A model generated the notes under the pieces. It did not search any database, was not told the DNA's origin, and worked only from the letters and a program-made list of their open reading frames with translations. 64,000 nt of DNA from Lama guanicoe (taxonomy: Eukaryota): positions 5,674,071-5,738,070 of the forward strand of contig MU053810.1 of NCBI GenBank assembly GCA_013239625.1. Reading direction: 5' to 3'. Position numbers and translations under genes: made by a program. Every line of letters begins with the position of its first letter. The stretch's first letter is position 1. Of the stretch, positions 28,776 through 42,257 are shown piece after piece.

Positions 28776-30199
28776 CTTCTTATTTTTATTTTATTTTTCC
28801 ATGGAACTTATCACCTTCTAACATATTGTATACTTTATTTGCTTAGTGTATCTTTTATTTATGACCTGTCTCTCTCCCCTGTAGAATGTAAGCTCTTAGA
28901 GGACAGGAAATCTTAGTTTCTGTTGGTCACTGATATAGCCCATCTGCCCAGAACAGTGCCTGACACAGAAATAATGGATGGATGAATAAGCAGATCATTG
29001 AAAAGTCAAAAGTAGCCTTCCCTAACCACCTTATTTCCAGTTGCCTGTCCATCCTACCCCTGAGGTTACTCTGTACTCATGTAACTTTGTTTTATTTCAT
29101 TCATTATTTGAAATTATCAGTTATCTTATTAATGATAGCTCCTCTAGTAAAATACAAGTTAAGCTGTGTGAGAGCAAAAACTAGAGATAGTAAGCATGTA
29201 CTTAATAAATATTTATTAAGTGAATCAATTCTAGATAAGAAACTTGACTTTCTCAAATCAGTTAACTGCATATGTAAATCTTATCTTATGACAAATATGT
29301 GATTATTTGTTTATTCAGTCTGATTCCGTATTCAGTTATCAGAATACATAATTGGTTGTTACATTCTTTTTATCACCGTGGTTTGCTTTGGCTTGCTCTT
29401 AAAGAATTCTCAGACTACCCTTGATAGCTGATAATAAATTAAGCAAAGATTTTCAAAAAGTTCAGTGATTGGCAAGTATTAATATGTAACAAATAAAGCA
29501 GATAGCTCTGAGCTTATTCCTGAAAATATTTCACCGTCTCTTTGACTATTTCCATTCTAAAACTCGATGGCTATATTCCCAGTTGAGTCATTTAAAATTA
29601 TAGAAGAGTATGGCAAGTTTTATAGGAAATTATTATGTACAAGAAAATGGATCAAAAACTCATTAGAGTTTTAAGTTCTCTTCTCTGTAGTCTCTTAAAA
29701 TAGGAATCTGGGTCATTTTTTAAAATTTCTTTTAAAAAATACTACAAGTTGGGAGTAGTTAATCTTTAAGACAAATCCATTATAGACATTAAAACAAACT
29801 ATGGATCTTTTGTATGTTATTAGCCATTAATGATTTCCCAGTGAAAACAAAAAAAATTATTTTCCATTTAGCATAATAAAATGCAGCTATATTTAAAAAT
29901 GAAGAAATCGATGCCTGAAAGTTCTAATAACTATTAATCATGATCAGACGTCTATTTTTATTCTTATTTGACTGAATTTCAACTTGTTTTTTAACAGTAG
30001 GTAGTCTGTCATTAGCACCTTTTTAATAAACTGGAGGTAAACATTCGTTATATCCATTAAAATGACTAGTTTCACTATTAGCTCGTTAAATCGTCGCTTA
30101 GGAAGAAAACTCAAAAGAGTGCTGTGAATTTGTGATCATTTATTTCATCCAACTTTATGACCAGAGTTTTTTGGGGGTTTGGTTTGGTTTTGATTTGTT

Positions 30200-30580
30200 T
30201 TTGAGATTCCACATACAGGTGAGATCACACAGTGTTTGTCTTTCTCTGCCAGACTTATTTCACTTAGCATAATACTCTCAAAGTCCATCCACATTGTTGC
30301 AAATGGCAGGACTTCCTTCTTTCTCTTGGCTGAATAATATTCCTGTGTGTGTGTATACATAGACACATTCTATATGTGTAATGTATACGTTACATATTCT
30401 ATATCTATTCATCTGTTGGTGAACACTTAGGGTTCTTAGGAAACACTTAGGGTGTTTCCATGTCTTGACTATTATAAATAATGCTGCTGTGATCATGAGG
30501 GTCTAGATAGTCTTTGACATCATTTTCTTGTTTGTTTGTTTCCTTTGGATTTATGTCCAGAAGTGGAGTTGCTGGATCCA
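30200..30580 (-). mobile_element. L1 ORF2 3' fragment
   Basis: Minus ORF 30145..30366 EYYSAKRKKEVLPFATMWMDFESIMLSEIS = L1 ORF2 C-terminus. Confidence 0.85.
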
Positions 30581-32249
30581 AAGAGTTTTTTTAAGTTAAT
30601 TATCTCCTCCTTACAATAATTGTTTTCTGACAGCCTTAGGTCTAATGATTCTAGAAGACTGTGAGAGAATAATAATTGCTCCTGATAGAAACTTCAAACA
30701 TATCTCTGGCAGGAGCCTGTGAGCGTCCAGAGGCCTGGCCTCCGTAGTGCTGATGGAGCTGCTTCTGGTTGTGAGAAAAGGCAAAGCTAGTCATGAAACT
30801 CCAGAGCTGTCTACAGACTGCCCCCGGACCTGCCAGATGGGCTCCCATACATGCTCCCTGTTAAGGACCAGACCCAGGCAGAGAAGGGCATGTAGCATCA
30901 TGGTGCGGGATGAAAGGTAGGGATTAGCGGGCATGAGTTAGAGCAGAAACATCCAGGAGGGAAGTTTGGGAAGGTTCAGTAGACTTCGCTGGGCCATCCT
31001 TCTGGGTCTTTAGGCTGCTGGTGGTCCTGCAGTTGGAGTGAGGAGAGGGTGGTGGAAACAGGGAGTCTGGATGTTGGGGAGCCTTCTGCTGTGCTTACGA
31101 CTAAGTGCAGTCACCCATAAAAAGAAGTCTGTCCTAAGATCCATAAACCAAGTAAAAACTCCCCAAGCAACCACCGTTGAAGCCAAAGAATCTTCAGTGA
31201 TACCGCAAAGAGCTGACGCCACGGCAGCTGCTCCCAGACAGGTGCACAGAAAAGGAATCTTTCCAAGAGCAGTAAACTTCCAAAGCAAACTTGAAATGTT
31301 TCCCAAATAACTTTAAGGCTAGTTAAAATCTGTAAAGGGAGCCCATGAAACATTTCACCATAAGGAACTTTGCGAGACCATTTCTTACCTTTGTAGGTCT
31401 GTAATAGCCGGGAGCTCTCGGTTCTCCCAGTGCAGCGACCCTGGTGGCACTTTTGGAAACGATGAAACCACATGTGTTTTAATATCTCAGGCCTCTTTGC
31501 ATGAAATAGAGCTTTCTGTGTTGTGAAAAAGAGATGTGAAGAAAGAAAAGTCTTATCCAAATCAACCAAAACCATGCTTTGACATTGTTTTTGATTTAAT
31601 GGACCACAAATTGATGGAAGGGCCAAGATGCAGAAACACATGACCTTTGTAAAGAATGCCTGTAGTTCTAATGTGTAAAACTGCTTGTTTAGTATTTTAT
31701 GTTTTTTTTTAATGGACTAAATTAGGCAACAAGGCAGGCATAGACCTAAATTTTTACTTTTTTTTGGTACCAAACTATTTGCGAGCATCTCGTAAAATAT
31801 TAATTTCCAGTATTTAAATTTTCACCCAGACATCTAAATGCTCTAAAAAGGCCCATTTGAATGAAAAATGTACCTCCATTTGAGTGAATGGCCAACTAGG
31901 ACTGCAGAAGGGAACTCGGGATTGAGTCAAACAGTTGGATTTGAAGATCACCTCCATGGCGTGTAGCCCTGGAGAACTTTTTCTGAGCCTCAGTTTCCTC
32001 ATCCAGGAAGAATGGTTGTTGCTGGGATGAATGAAAGGCAAAAATCTATGCATAATACACAGCACACTGCACCCTACTTCGCAGGCATCCAAAGCGGTAG
32101 CGTGTATCATTTCATCCTAAGTTGTGCCAGGTACAAGACAAAGAAGGGCCTGGAAGAGGAGAGTAAGCATATCTTTCCATCCGTGTCGCTTAACTCATTC
32201 CCTCCTTCTGAAATGTTATTTGAAACCAGACTGCAGATCGTGGGGTGAC

Positions 32250-32960
32250 ACGACACACAGCCTTAGTGTACCTATGCGTCGTATTCCATTGTGCGTACAT
32301 GTACCACAACTTCTTTATCCAGCCATCTGTTGATGGACATTCAGGTTGTATCCACATCTTGGCTGTTGTAGATGGTGCTGCTATGGACATTGGGCGCGTG
32401 TACCTTTTTGAATTAGAGATGGCTCATTTTTTAAATCACTGAATAATATTCTGTTGTCTGGATGTACCACAGTTTACTTATCTATTCACCTACTTAAAGA
32501 CAGCTCGTTGGCTTCCAAGTTTTGGTAATTATGAATAGAGCTGCTCTACACATTCATCTGCACGATTTTGTGTGGACATGTTTTCAGCTTACTTGGGTAA
32601 ATACTCAGGCCCATGACTGCTGGACTGTATGATGAGTATGGTAAGAGTGTTGTAAGAAACCAACAAATCGTCCTCCAAAGTGGTTGTACCATTTTACATT
32701 CCCACCGGCCATGGGTGGGAGTTCCTGTTGCTCCACATCCTCGTCAGCTTTTGATGTTTTCTGGGTTTTGGCCATTCTAATAGGTGTGTACTGGTATCTT
32801 GTTGTTTTATTTATTTTTATTAAAGTATAGTTGATGTATAATGTTATATAAATTACAGGTGTACCATATAGTGATTCACAGTTTTTAAAAGTTACACTCC
32901 ATTTATAGTTATCATGAAATATTGGCTATATTCCCCGTGTTGTACAATATGTTCTTGTGG
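32250..32960 (-). mobile_element. Cluster of L1 fragments
   Basis: ORF2-like CPSTDGWIKKLWYMY; ctccaaagtggttgtaccattttacattcccacc; younger L1 3' end at 32810-32955. Confidence 0.8.
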
Positions 32961-35362
32961 CAGCCTTAGTGTCTTTAAAAGCACTTTTGTATTACTGTCT
33001 GGACAGTGAGATGCCATTCTTCTACAAATTGGTACTTAATTGATCTGTTTTGAGAATCCGTTCAGTTTTCAAGCTGAAATGCAGCACACATTTAATTCTA
33101 TATCAAAAAGGCTGCTACCACATACATACACGTGGTTTACCAGCCACCTTTAGGCTCTGTATCATATGCTAGATAGGGGGGACCCGAAAGGGCATAGAAC
33201 CAATCAGAACTTCTCTGTTGGCACAGGAGAGTGAGAAGCAGAGACTGGCTGAGTAGTGAGCTTCTCCATCACGTATCCAGAGATCCACCACCACAACACA
33301 AGTTACCAGGTAGAAAGAGACAGCAAAACTACATGCAGGCTAAGGCACTGGCCTGGGAATAAAGTTCTTAGGATATTAAAGGGGTTGATTTAAAAGAAAG
33401 ACAGTGGACTTAAGGATCATAATGTCAACTCAGTATCCTAATGATTCTGTAGAACCTGTTATTTCAGGCTAACCTTCACCACCCTTTTATTTTTGTTTTC
33501 TCAGCATTCCCCCTTCCTGCTACTCTAGTGTTTGAAAAGTTGATCATTGTGTAAAAGACATTGTGTTTTCTGTGGGGTCCTCTGCAGAGTTGCACATTTG
33601 AAATGTGTGTCTTCCATAAGTGATGAAACAAATACATACGCTGCATTTAAACTGTGTCCTCTAAGAAAGAAAATAAAGTCCCTGGGAGAAATGAGAGCTA
33701 ATGTAGCTTTTAAAAAAAATCTTGGATTTATATTTTTGTGATCAGAAACTCTCCTGAGTAATCCTATTTCTAGTAGTAAAACTGAGCCTGATTAAGACTA
33801 CATCTTATTGCAAAGGGCACCAAAGCTATTGCTGGTTGCAGTTTAAAATGGTGCAGCCCATTTGGACAGTGGTTTGGAATAGAATTTCAAAAGGTCTTGA
33901 TAACTCATGGCTTACTCATGCTACCTCTGGGAATCTATCCCAAGGAAAGAATTCTAAATAGACAGAGGCTTTTGGTACAAAGATGTTTTTCAAAGCAGAG
34001 CATTTATCATAGTGGGAAAAAAATGGCAAACCTGAATGTCAAAAAAAAGGGTTAAATGATTGAGGTAAGTTTTTTAAATGGTAGATTAAAAAAATGCATT
34101 GTGTGAAAAATACCATGTTACACTTAAGATTGGACAAAAAATATGATTATAGCTATGAGAATAAAATTAATATTTTTTTTAATTTCAGGAAAAAATGGAA
34201 ATACCATTATATGATCAAGTATTGTGTTTCAGTGATAGAACTGTGGGCAACTTGTATTTCTGTTTTTTTAAGTCCGTATTTCCATACAAGGAGCGTCCCC
34301 TCTTAGATTATTAAATCTTGCAATGGATACCAAGGATTGGATTTCATATATTTAAGTCTGCTTCTTGTCTACCATGCCTGTATCCAGGGGGTGGTCCTCC
34401 TTTCCCGTTCTGCACATTGTGGAGGGATCTGAGTAACTGCATGGTCCTCACCTCAGTCCTCAACCCAGACAACAGTCAGATTAACCATGGAAGATTTGGA
34501 AATGAAGACTGGTTCTTTCTACTCCAGTTCCTCCTTGTCCTTCATGACCAGTCCCAAGGACGAGCTCTTTGAACAGGGAGAAGCCACTCAGAAGAACCCG
34601 CATGCCCATAATGTGAAAGAAACCCAATGCCAGATAGAACAGTACCTCTTCCCCACATTTCTGAGTTTACCTGTTTATTTTCACCTTGTGGACTAACAGG
34701 TATTATCTAGTTAGAGGACAGACATGTATCTGTAAATTCACAGCACACCAAATAATGGAGGGTAGCTTAATGAATGTTATCATCTTTAGTGGCTGAGTGA
34801 ACTTAAGGAGGGAAAATAATAGAAGAAAAAAATCTTTGCTTTCATAATGCCCAGAGGCCACGACTATAGTTGCTGTAGACATAAGCTATCTTCCATGGTT
34901 CTTTCTTCATCACAAACATTTTACCTTTTGGACTTCTGTCATTGATTATTAATTAAAGTAGATGTTCGGGGTGGAGATGGCAGCTGCTAAGTGGTTTTCA
35001 CTGAAGTTGAAGAACTGGGCATTTCAATCCTGTGTTTCCTAACTTCCATTTGCTACAAGCTATTATGTTATAAACACATATTTCAGTAGTTCGTCTTCAC
35101 CTTCATTATTTGTGCTTTCAAAGAGCACAGTGGCCTTTTTCTAGCTCAGAAATGGATAGTATGTAGCTGCGTGCTTGCGGGTTTTACGTGGTGTGAGTAC
35201 TTATAAGCTGTTTTGCAATAAAGGACCAACCGAAGTGGGGAAGACAACAATTACAGCAATTATTCAGTGTATGGTTGCATTTTGAGGGGAAAAAAGAAAG
35301 AACACTATTGTTTCTTTTTTATTATTATTAGTATTATTTCTCTCGTCTTTTTCCCAATTTAG

Positions 35363-35485
35363 ACAAAGCCCGTTGCATTTGCCGTTCGGACAAATGTCAG
35401 CTATAGTGCAGCCCATGAAGATGATGTTCCGGTGCCAGGCATGGCCATCTCATTCGAAGCAAAAGATTTTCTGCATGTTAAGGAA
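35363..35485 (+). CDS. CACNB2: CACNB2 coding exon 4 (start of SH3 domain), [41 protein letters not shown]
   Basis: 123 nt, polypyrimidine tract + AG at 35361-2, donor GTAAGG at 35486; translation matches Cav beta-2 SH3 region; phase 0/0. Confidence 0.97.
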
Positions 35486-37166
35486 GTAAGGAGAATAATT
35501 AGAGTTTCTATCTGTGCGATTGTTCTTTTAACCTTGAAATATCCTTTCTCATTTCTCACTGCTGTGAAATAGCATTGCGTGTAACTGCAGTTGTGTAACA
35601 TACACGTGAAATCAGTGTCTCTCAAGCTTTTCTAATATAAATATAACATTTTTAATGAAGAAAAAAGCCACAGGCCTCTTGGAATAACCTCAGGGCTCCC
35701 CTGGGCTCTATGACCCAGAAATTGGGAACTGCTGGAGGAGATGATCCTTTTTTTAATGCTTAACTTATACTTTGTCTTTTAATGTTTAACCTTGACTATG
35801 TGTTCTTTTCCCCTGGTATCCCAGGCTTAACCATCTGGGGAGGGTTTAATAATATCTAGAATTCGTGATCTCTCCTCCCTGTTAACAAGGTCTAAACTCA
35901 GGCCACTGGTGCCCTTTGACCTTCTTAGGTGGCAGATTGCTACAAGGGAAGGGGAAATGGATGGAGTTGGAGCCAACGAGGCAAGAAACAGAGATCAGAA
36001 AAACCCCTTTTCCACCATGTCAAATGCCTCCACCTTTCAATAACAGTGACTCAATGTGTTAATCAGAAAAATTCCCTCTTATCAAGGCCTATTTTGAGTC
36101 AATATTTACCAGATGCCTGCTGTGCAGAACACTGTACTGAATAGCCAGAAATTCCCCCTACATACTGTTCTCAGTGTGTGACCGTGACATTGTCTTGAAC
36201 CTGCAGGAGCTGAATACTGGAGCACTCTCATCTGGGAGATGTTATGTCCCAGGGAGAATGTGTAAATTTCACTGCTCAGGCATTAAAGACAGTGAGCAAG
36301 AGGTGATGACTGCCAGTTAGAAGCTGCTAGAGACAGAGCCCACCATTTAGTTCTTTAACTTTTAAAAAGTGACGTAATTTCTATTTAACTAGAAAGGAAA
36401 GACAGAAAAAGTTTTCAGGAGTATGGGGTGCCTAGAATCTCACTTTACAACGGGAAGTAAGATTAATCCAGGCCCTCCTCCCGATGGCTGATGCTTAAAG
36501 AAGTCAGAAAAGAAAAACAGAGTGGGTATCCTTCTTTGAAGTGTCCAAAAACAGACTCATAAAATACTCTTCAGTGGAGAGACATCAAACCAGATCATAA
36601 AGATTTAGGATACCTGTTCCATGCAGAAGAGAGAAGTTGCCAGCATCAACATAAGTAGAGAAATCATTTGTGAACACCATGTCATGGTTATTGTGAAGCT
36701 GTTTGCCCAGAGGTAAATTTTGCTCTGACACCAAATAGTTCGAGTAGATTTCAGTATTAATCACTCACTCTTAATGCTTCTAAGTAATCTGATTACGTAA
36801 GAGGAAGGTCTCTGTAACACTGCTGCGTTCCTAATGGTCTCTTGCTGGGAAGACCTGTTACTCTTTGAACAAGGAGCATTTATCCTTCTCACGGTGACAC
36901 CAACAGCTGTGATGGAATTCAGGCCAGTCTCAAGGCCAGGGAAGTGAAGGCTGAGTGAAGCCTGAGAGGCACTGTTGAGAACATCAAAATTCCTTCGCTC
37001 TTAGCGTGCTAGGGTCTCTTGACTCGTGGGATTTGAAGCATGGTTCACTGTAATTGACATAGTATTTCTCTCCACTGAAAATCATTAATGGGGAAGAAAA
37101 AGAATTTGAAGACTTAAACTTCTATGCACTGGTTTTAACAATTTTGACCTTTTTTTTTTTTTTTAG

Positions 37167-37303
37167 AAATTTAACAATGTCTGGTGGATAGGGCGATTGG
37201 TTAAAGAAGGCTATGAAATCGGATTCATTCCAAGCCCAGTCAAGCTAGAAAATATGAGGCTACAGCATGAACAGAGAGCCAAGCAAGGAAAATTCTACTC
37301 CAG
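37167..37303 (+). CDS. CACNB2: CACNB2 coding exon 5 (SH3), [45 protein letters not shown](S)
   Basis: 137 nt, poly-T + AG acceptor, GTAGGA donor; [17 protein letters not shown] Cav-beta signature; phase 0/2. Confidence 0.97.
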
Positions 37304-37919
37304 GTAGGAGAAAACTATCAAGTGTTTGTGTCAAAGTTCAGATTCTTCTGTCATTCATGAGCTGTCGGTCGCTGTAGTCGACAATCTTTATTATGTATTA
37401 AAAAGCAGGCTGATGGTAGGGTTTATTGCAGGTATCACAAATCCTGCATTTTAAAAATTTCATCCAGCCTTTCATTTTCATCCTCTTCAGGAGAGAATCA
37501 AATTAAGTATTATCATGAATGAAAATAGCTAAGTTCATAGAGTATTAAATTTGGGCTTCAGGGCAGAGGAAATTCCCAAGTCCTAATATTTTGCTTAAAA
37601 TACTCAGGTATCGCGCAATTGTGGTGACTAATCCCAGTGTCTGTAGCTGCCTGGCAAGGCAGGAAGACGTTTTAGAAATGACCATCTCACACATCAGCAA
37701 ACAGGAGCTCTTGTGGTCTCAGTTTCATTTTCACTTAAAAAATTCAATTTTCAGTTCTACCTACTGCTAAATACTTAAGGGAAACTCAATCTGAAACCAG
37801 TTAAAATTGTCATTGCAGATAGCAGTTAGATGGGTTATGTGGTAGGCTGGGGCCAAATGATTTTTCTTAGGACTCTTATGGTTGTTCACCCCTCACTAAA
37901 AGAATCATTAGAAGGGCTA

Positions 37920-38109
37920 TACACAAAATGTTATGATAAATCACAGAGAAAAAAATGTGACAATGAGTGTGTATATGTCCATGAATGACTGAAAAATTGT
38001 GCTGAACACTGGAATTTGACACAACACTGTAAAATGATTATGAATCAATAAAAAAATGTAAAAAAATAAAAATAAAATAAAATGTGCTACCGAAGGAAAA
38101 AAAAAAAAA
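37920..38109 (+). mobile_element. 5'-truncated L1 3' end with long poly(A)
   Basis: 10-bp TSD AGAAGGGCTA at 37910 and 38110; A-rich tail. Confidence 0.8.
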
Positions 38110-40944
38110 AGAAGGGCTACTCAGACGTGGAGTGATTTTTTTTTAATTGAATCCTGTGCAGACAACTCCAAGAATATGGCTTGCTTCTCCCTCTGTAACG
38201 GGATGTGATATGGGCAAGTCTTCTCTTTAATATGAATAGTGAGGCTTCTGTTTTCTTAAGCTTATATTTTATTTGTTTCTATAATGATGCAAAATCCTTT
38301 GTCAATGACCATATGCTAATGTTAGCAAGAGTTTTTTCCAAGGGTCCACCAACAAGTAAAACTGAAGATGCTTTTGGGGTTGCAACATCCATCTGCATTA
38401 ACTAGTATCTTATAACTCTGAGGCTCTTTTAGTTCATATGGATTCCTCCCTTTTTTGAGACCTCTAGCCCACATTTGACTTTTATTAATCCCTGAGTTAT
38501 TGGGGACCCTCAGATTTTGAGTTGTATTTAGTCATATAAAATTAGACACACGTGGATCAACAACGCTTGTGCTTTTTTCTTGTAGGATGTTGAAGATCTG
38601 ATACTATTCATTCGATTTCTAGTGTTGCATTGGCTTTATTGTATATTTTTCTATTCTAAGTATTGATAATGGTATCTTAATACTAGTGAATAAAATCTTT
38701 CTCTGCTTCTTCATAAACAAACTGGGAAAGGAAAACTGCTCATCAAAAAGTAGAAAGGGAGAACTTTTTCCCCAAATCGGTAAGAAAGCATGAATTCCTT
38801 TGCCTCCCAACTGGGCATCCCTGGTCTAGTGTTAGTGGTCAGCTCAGCTTTATGAGAACCTACAGGAATGGTAGATATTTGAGCCTTCACTTTACAGATG
38901 AGGAAGCAGGCTAAGAGAAGATAGGGAACTTGGCTGAGGTTGCACAACTCATAAGATAAAATCAGGATGAAAACATAATCAGTCTGTCTGTAGCCTGACC
39001 TCAGATGGACTCACTGTGAGCTACGCTGCAAATTGTGCAGCCAGGGCCTGACAGAGCAAGCATAGAATAAATCATTATTATTATTGCCATCTGTTGCCAT
39101 TCACTGTATTCAATACATTGTTTTGCTACTGCGTTTTTCCCTTAAAGAACTATAAATCATCTGTATTTGAGGAGTGTAACATCTCATACCTTATTCTGAG
39201 GAACTGGGGTACCTTTCCTGTGTATAACCACATACATTTCCCTTTGATTTTTCTTGATTTGATTTTGCCCTGTCCCTTGACCTATACACATTTGCCTAAG
39301 TATGTGAAAATGCTGTTACTGGGTTTCAGAGTTTTTACATTTGTTCCCTCACGTTTTAAATACACTTTTGTTTGGAGGACATAAGTTGAATTCAGCTGTA
39401 TTTTAAAACTCTGAAATATAAGTTATTTTAAAAAAAAATCAGCAGCAATCAAAGGCAGTACAATTGGAGCACAGCTCAAGAACGTGGCATTTTTATAGAA
39501 TTAAACCTGAAGGGCAAATTTGCATTCTGAATCTTTTGATTCTTTGCAAGGTTTGGCATAACTTTACACAATTCAAACAATACTCTAACTGTTATTAAAA
39601 TTCAAAGAGAATGTAGAACAAACCCAAGCTGGAACTGGAATTAGACTTAGTATTTTAGAAAAACAAAAAACAAAAAACTTCTAGAAGAAAAAGTTTTAGT
39701 CTTGGTAATGGATATTCTTGTATAACTGCCGGAAAGTGCTTCTCTAAATACTGCTTTTTATTACTTTAACATACTGTCTGGTGTCCTTGTTAAATGTGCT
39801 GGGGTAGCTTTTAAGAACCTTAAAGAGATACAGAGGCCTCCTGGTAGTTACTTGGAGCTTTTGATGTTTGTCTGTTTTCTACATTAATGTTGCCAGAATA
39901 GTAGCAAATTCAGCCTGTTATTGGTATTTTAGTGAAACTCATATTTTCATATTCATATTTCTGAAATATTCAGTATGTACAAATGTTTACACGGTATTAA
40001 ATATTACCCTTTGATGCATAGACTCTGTAACAGATTCTTTCCACTAGACCCTGGCTAGTGATCAAATTTGTTTGGTAATAAGATTGTCTTGCTGAAATTC
40101 CCTGTCACTCTTTTAAGATGTTTCTTCCCAGCCTCATCTCTGAAGGGGCCATTTAATGTATTCTTTAGCGTGCTGGTAGTATGCTTAGTAAAAACAGAAA
40201 TGCCGCTGTTCCAGTTTAACTCCAAAGTTTCTGAGATACTGAACCATGTCTTGGATAAACTTTAGGATTCAGTAACTCTGAAGTGTCTGTTCTTCAGAAC
40301 ATTCCTAAATTAACCAAGTTGAGTTCCTCCATGGTAGCCACACTTGAGAAATGTTCCAGATTCTTTTTGAGGGTTAAATTGTGTAACACGCTGTTGAGTT
40401 CCTTTCGTGTGTCTTTTAAAAGTTGGCTAGTTTTCGTATTGCTGTGTTGTTGGGTTTGTTTGTTTTTTTTTTTTCAATAGGTTGCTCATGAAAACTTGAA
40501 TACTTTGTATCTTGGTTCACTAAAAATAACCAAGATGAGAGAAACAGGAGGAGCCAAACAAGAAGGAAACAATAAGTGCTGGTGTTAGCATTAAGGTTCT
40601 ATGCGTTGCTTCCAAGAGGCTCTAAGAAGCAAAGGAAATCTTTGCTCTTAACCTATCTGTGATCCTGGCGGAGAATTTGAGGGCTGTAGAAATTACCCTA
40701 GTTTTCTTCCATTCTCTCAGGGCCTTTTAAAATTAAACCTTGAATTTGAAACAGAGACCATTACATGGCTGTTTCAAGTCCTCCAGATATCTCCACTGGG
40801 AAATGACTGTTTGCTGCCTGGTAAGCAAGACAGACTTAAAAATCAATAAAAACACAATGAATGAGCATGTTTATTGAGCAACTGCAAATCTCTCAATATC
40901 TGAAATAAATGTCGGATGTAATATAAATTTTTGCTTTACTCCAG

Positions 40945-41021
40945 TAAATCAGGAGGAAATTCATCATCCAGTTTGGGTGACATAGTACCTAGTTCCAGAA
41001 AATCTACGCCTCCATCATCTG
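40945..41021 (+). CDS. CACNB2: CACNB2 coding exon 6 (HOOK), (S)[25 protein letters not shown]
   Basis: 77 nt, CCAG acceptor, GTAAGT donor, phase 2/1; peptide also visible in ORF 40931..41116. Confidence 0.96.
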
Positions 41022-42115
41022 GTAAGTCGGTAGTGAGTGCTGAATGGTACCTACTGCATCTCATGCTTTCCCCAGTCTTTCCTAGTTGTGTGAGTTTACA
41101 TAGACTGCATTACTAGGTTAACCCTCAAGGTGTTAAAAAAAAACATCAGAAATAAGAATGGCCAGGTGGAGTGAGGAACAATATGGGGAACTTTTGTTCT
41201 GGCTTTGGAAAAAAAAAAAAAGAAAGAAACTAGGTCAGTGTGTCCACTGTAAGTTACTTTGATGATCAAAGCGATGCTCGGTTTTAATTTTCTATCCCAC
41301 CATCCACCATGGTGCCCAGAGCATGTCATGGGCAATAAATGGATGAACGCTCACCATCAACCACAGTGCATTGTGAGGTGTTAGCCTCAATATTAAATTA
41401 AAAGGGTTATAAAACCTTTAGAAAGGTGAGGAAAGGAGAATGAAGTGATGACGGATTGATTGGCCTGACATGAGCTACACCCAGGAGGCTCTGTGGAACG
41501 CGTAGAATGTGGGCAGAAGTTCTGAACGGAAGAGCGAAACACTTGCAGAGAGAGTAACTGTTTTCTTTCCAAAGCCACGGAGAAGGACACCAGGTGGAAT
41601 TTAAATTTCTGACGAACAATGACTTCTTAGTCTAAGGAAATATTGTATGAGATCTATTTTAAAAAATTACTTATTGTTTACCTGAAATTCATGAACTGAT
41701 TTTCTGTTTGCTGAAGCTGGCAGCTCTGCCATTCTGTGTAGAACTTGGAGTTGTGTGTGAATAGAAGACGAATTGGCCGAATTGGCTAAAAGCCCTCGGT
41801 CAGGGTCTCAGTTTGCTAAGAGACGCAGTTGGGAGTCAGTAAGATTTTAAGGACTGGCCAGTGGAGCATTTGAGCAAAATAATCCCATCTGATGTCTAGG
41901 AAGCTGGAGAAAGCTGGAGGCGGGCAGAGGTCAAAGACAGAAAATCACGCACCTGTGGAGAAGTTAAGGCGCTACGTAGTTGCGCTGTGACTGCTGTCCT
42001 AGGAACAGGTTCCCTGTTACCGATGAAAGTGCCTCCTTCCTGGACGCTGGCAGCTTTTAGAGACCGCTCACGGGCTTCTTAGTAAAAATGAGAGAGCTTT
42101 TTCTCCTTGCGGGAT

Positions 42116-42257
42116 GTTTTGTTTTGTCTTGTTTGAGTTGGGGGGAATAACTAGGTTTCATTTAATAGTTTATTTTTTTAATGGAGGTACTAGGGCTTGA
42201 ACCCAGGACCTCACGCGTGCTGAGCATGTGTTCTACCACCGAGCTATACCTCCCCCC
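42116..42257 (-). mobile_element. Vic-1-type SINE
   Basis: Reverse-complement tRNA head; TSD GAGAGAGCTTTTT / GAGAGGGCTTTTT. Confidence 0.88.

Noticed and set aside
30422..30452. Short direct repeat AACACTTAGGG x2
   Set aside because: Local slippage duplication within an L1 fragment.
31111..31641. 176-aa minus-strand ORF and overlapping ORFs
   Set aside because: No recognisable protein motif or exon structure; compatible with chance ORFs in intronic DNA.
1..35362. Search for additional CACNB2 exons, nested genes or RNA genes in the long intron
   Set aside because: No recognisable coding exon or ncRNA found by eye. Repeat-poor stretches (e.g. ~8.0-8.6, 14.8-15.3 and 16.8-17.2 kb) could be enhancers, but that cannot be supported without conservation data.
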